Below, piece after piece: positions 12,694-13,981 of a stretch of 13,981 bases of DNA. The stretch is taken from contig JAKALC010000011.1 in the NCBI GenBank assembly GCA_021813335.1, positions 1 through 13,981 of the forward strand. Direction: 5' to 3'. The notes under the pieces are model-generated. The model did no database searches, was not told where the DNA came from, and saw only the letters and a list, made by a program, of their open reading frames with translations. The position numbers and the translations under genes were made by a program. This DNA is from a bacterium. Its GTDB lineage: Bacteria > Patescibacteriota > Minisyncoccia > Phycocordibacterales > SBAW01. Every line of letters begins with the position of its first letter. Within the stretch, counting starts at the first letter, position 1.

Positions 12694-12747
12694 CAGGCAA
12701 TTGTTCTGGACAACTCACCACGAATCAGGGCGATATATACTGTGCTG

Positions 12748-13292
12748 ATGCTCTACACGGGGAAGGGAGACGGGGGACGACGAAGGTGTTCGGGTGCGAC
12801 CAGCAGAGGATCTCGAAGTCGTCGGAACTGCCGGAAGCGCTCGGCGCTCTCGACGAGTTGAATGCGTTTCTGGGCTTTGCGCGGGTGTGCGCCGCGGGCT
12901 CGCCGCGCATCGCGGCGGCCCTGCGCGGCGCGCAGGAAGCGCTTTTTGTCGTGCAGGCGGAAACCGCCGGAGCAGACAAACGCCTCGCGCCGGACGCCGT
13001 GGAGAAGATGGAGGCCGTCATCAACGGCATAGAACGGGAGATCCCGCCCCTGAAGGGGTTTTCCATTTCCGGCGGAACGGAACTCTCCGCGCTCCTCGAC
13101 GTCGCGCGCACGCTCGCGCGCCGGGCCGAGCGGCGGCTCGTCGCTGCCGCGGATGCGGGCGCGCGCGCCGTTCCGCCGGAGACGAAGGCGTATATGAACC
13201 GCCTCTCCTCGCTTCTCTTCGCGCTTGCGCGGCTCGCCAACCACGAAGCGGGCGTCGCGGAAGAACAGCCGCGTTACGGTCAAGCGGCGTGA
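12748..13292 (+). CDS. PduO-type ATP:cob(I)alamin adenosyltransferase, interrupted by a 1-nt frameshift in a G5 run
   Basis: MLYTGKGDGG (12748-12777, frame of ORF 12667) must join TTKVFG..RISKSSELPEALGALDELNAFLGFAR (frame of ORF 12681-13292). GGGGG at 12772-12776 would need to be G6. The rest (MNRLSSLLFALAR) is family-typical. Confidence 0.75.
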
Positions 13293-13981
13293 TTCTCGTT
13301 CAGGGTGATTTCGTGGATCGACTGGTTGCGGTGCACGACCTCGTCGTTTCGCACGCTCCTGAAGAACTCGTATTGGCTTCTCGGGTGTCGGCCGTACCAC
13401 GTGAGGAAGTCGCTCTCGATTGCCTTTGATTTGAGGGACGCCTCGTTCTGCTTGAGGAAAAGAGTGTATTGGTCAAACGCGTGTTGCTCGAAGAGGTAGT
13501 TGGTCTCAAGCGACCAGCGCGGGTTGATGAGGTATATGAAGTAGGACATCCAGAAATAAAAGAACGCAAAGAACAAGGGGATGATCGTATGGCGGATGAT
13601 GCCGGCCGGCTGTTCTTTGCGTGCGAGGGCGGAGATGACGACCACATGTATCGTTTCATTGTCGGAAGCGAAATGCGCGAAACGCGCGATGGTCGAGAGC
13701 TTGAGCGCGCGTGTTTCGTCGGTGTAGAAAAGCGTGAGGAGCGTGAAGGCTGCCGAGGCCCAAGAATGATAGGGGACGCGCGCAATCACTTCGACCGCAC
13801 GGAACTTGAGATACGAGGGCTTGCCATAGATGGCGTTGCCGCACCACACGAGTATCCCGCCGAGGAATCGCGGCAAGAGGCCGGGGCGGTACCGGTCAAG
13901 CGACGCTTTGTATTCTTGGAGCGCCGCCTCGTCATTTAAGGATTCTATAAGCTTTTCGAATTCTGCGTGTTCTGTCGACAT
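13280..13981 (-). CDS. Alternative oxidase (AOX/PTOX)-like membrane-associated di-iron carboxylate protein
   Basis: Four iron-ligand blocks occur in the AOX order: RAVEVIARVPY (E), SDNETIHVV (ExxH), NYLFEQHAFDQY (E) and RNDEVVHRN (ExxH). The ATG lies exactly at the window edge, so the true start could be further upstream. The gene overlaps the convergent adenosyltransferase by 13 nt. Confidence 0.65.
   Translation of the reverse strand: MSTEHAEFEKLIESLNDEAALQEYKASLDRYRPGLLPRFLGGILVWCGNAIYGKPSYLKFRAVEVIARVPYHSWASAAFTLLTLFYTDETRALKLSTIARFAHFASDNETIHVVVISALARKEQPAGIIRHTIIPLFFAFFYFWMSYFIYLINPRWSLETNYLFEQHAFDQYTLFLKQNEASLKSKAIESDFLTWYGRHPRSQYEFFRSVRNDEVVHRNQSIHEITLNENHAA

Noticed and set aside
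12681-12747. The GTG at 12681 as the true start of the adenosyltransferase (the 203-aa ORF as listed).
   Set aside because: It would add a non-homologous N-terminus encoded by the palindrome/repeat array and would lose the conserved MLYTGKGDGG block, which sits in the adjacent frame. A frameshift at the G5 run explains the data better.

Overview
High-G+C bacterial window. The core genes suggest a reduced-genome, CPR/Patescibacteria-like organism; this is an inference from gene content, not a search result. Core genes on the + strand are an MltB-like lytic transglycosylase (5'-partial), ruvX/yqgF, a CsaA-like tRNA-binding protein, a translationally coupled pilM-pilN-pilO-small TM gene operon, a tRNA-Arg/Leu/Val cluster, uppS, an RluA-family pseudouridine synthase and rplS. 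Two visibly lower-G+C accessory stretches interrupt this core. Stretch 1 (about 1435-3877) abuts the 3' end of tRNA-Ser(UGA). It holds a promoter-driven secreted protein, a complete IS5-family (IS427/IS1031-like) element with perfect 18-bp inverted repeats and a -1 frameshift, and a Fic gene that is frameshifted and also clipped by the IS. Stretch 2 (about 10177-13981) holds a free-standing LAGLIDADG endonuclease abutting tRNA-Leu(GAG), an integrase-repeat-like mini-ORF and a very basic 78-aa protein. It also holds a self-contained operon of three tiny membrane proteins, a 35-bp perfect palindrome with tandem 14-bp repeats, a frameshifted PduO-type adenosyltransferase and an alternative-oxidase-like di-iron protein. 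The most unusual unexplained signal is a roughly 270-nt element between the pseudouridine synthase and rplS (9363-9631). It has three nested long-range helices plus an intrinsic-terminator-like hairpin whose 5' arm can alternatively pair with a distal segment. No room is left for an rplS promoter downstream of it. Its outer arms share a 16-mer with a perfect 44-bp palindrome at 750-793, which points to a dispersed REP/REPIN-like repeat family. All calls come from reading the sequence and motif recall; no searches were run.
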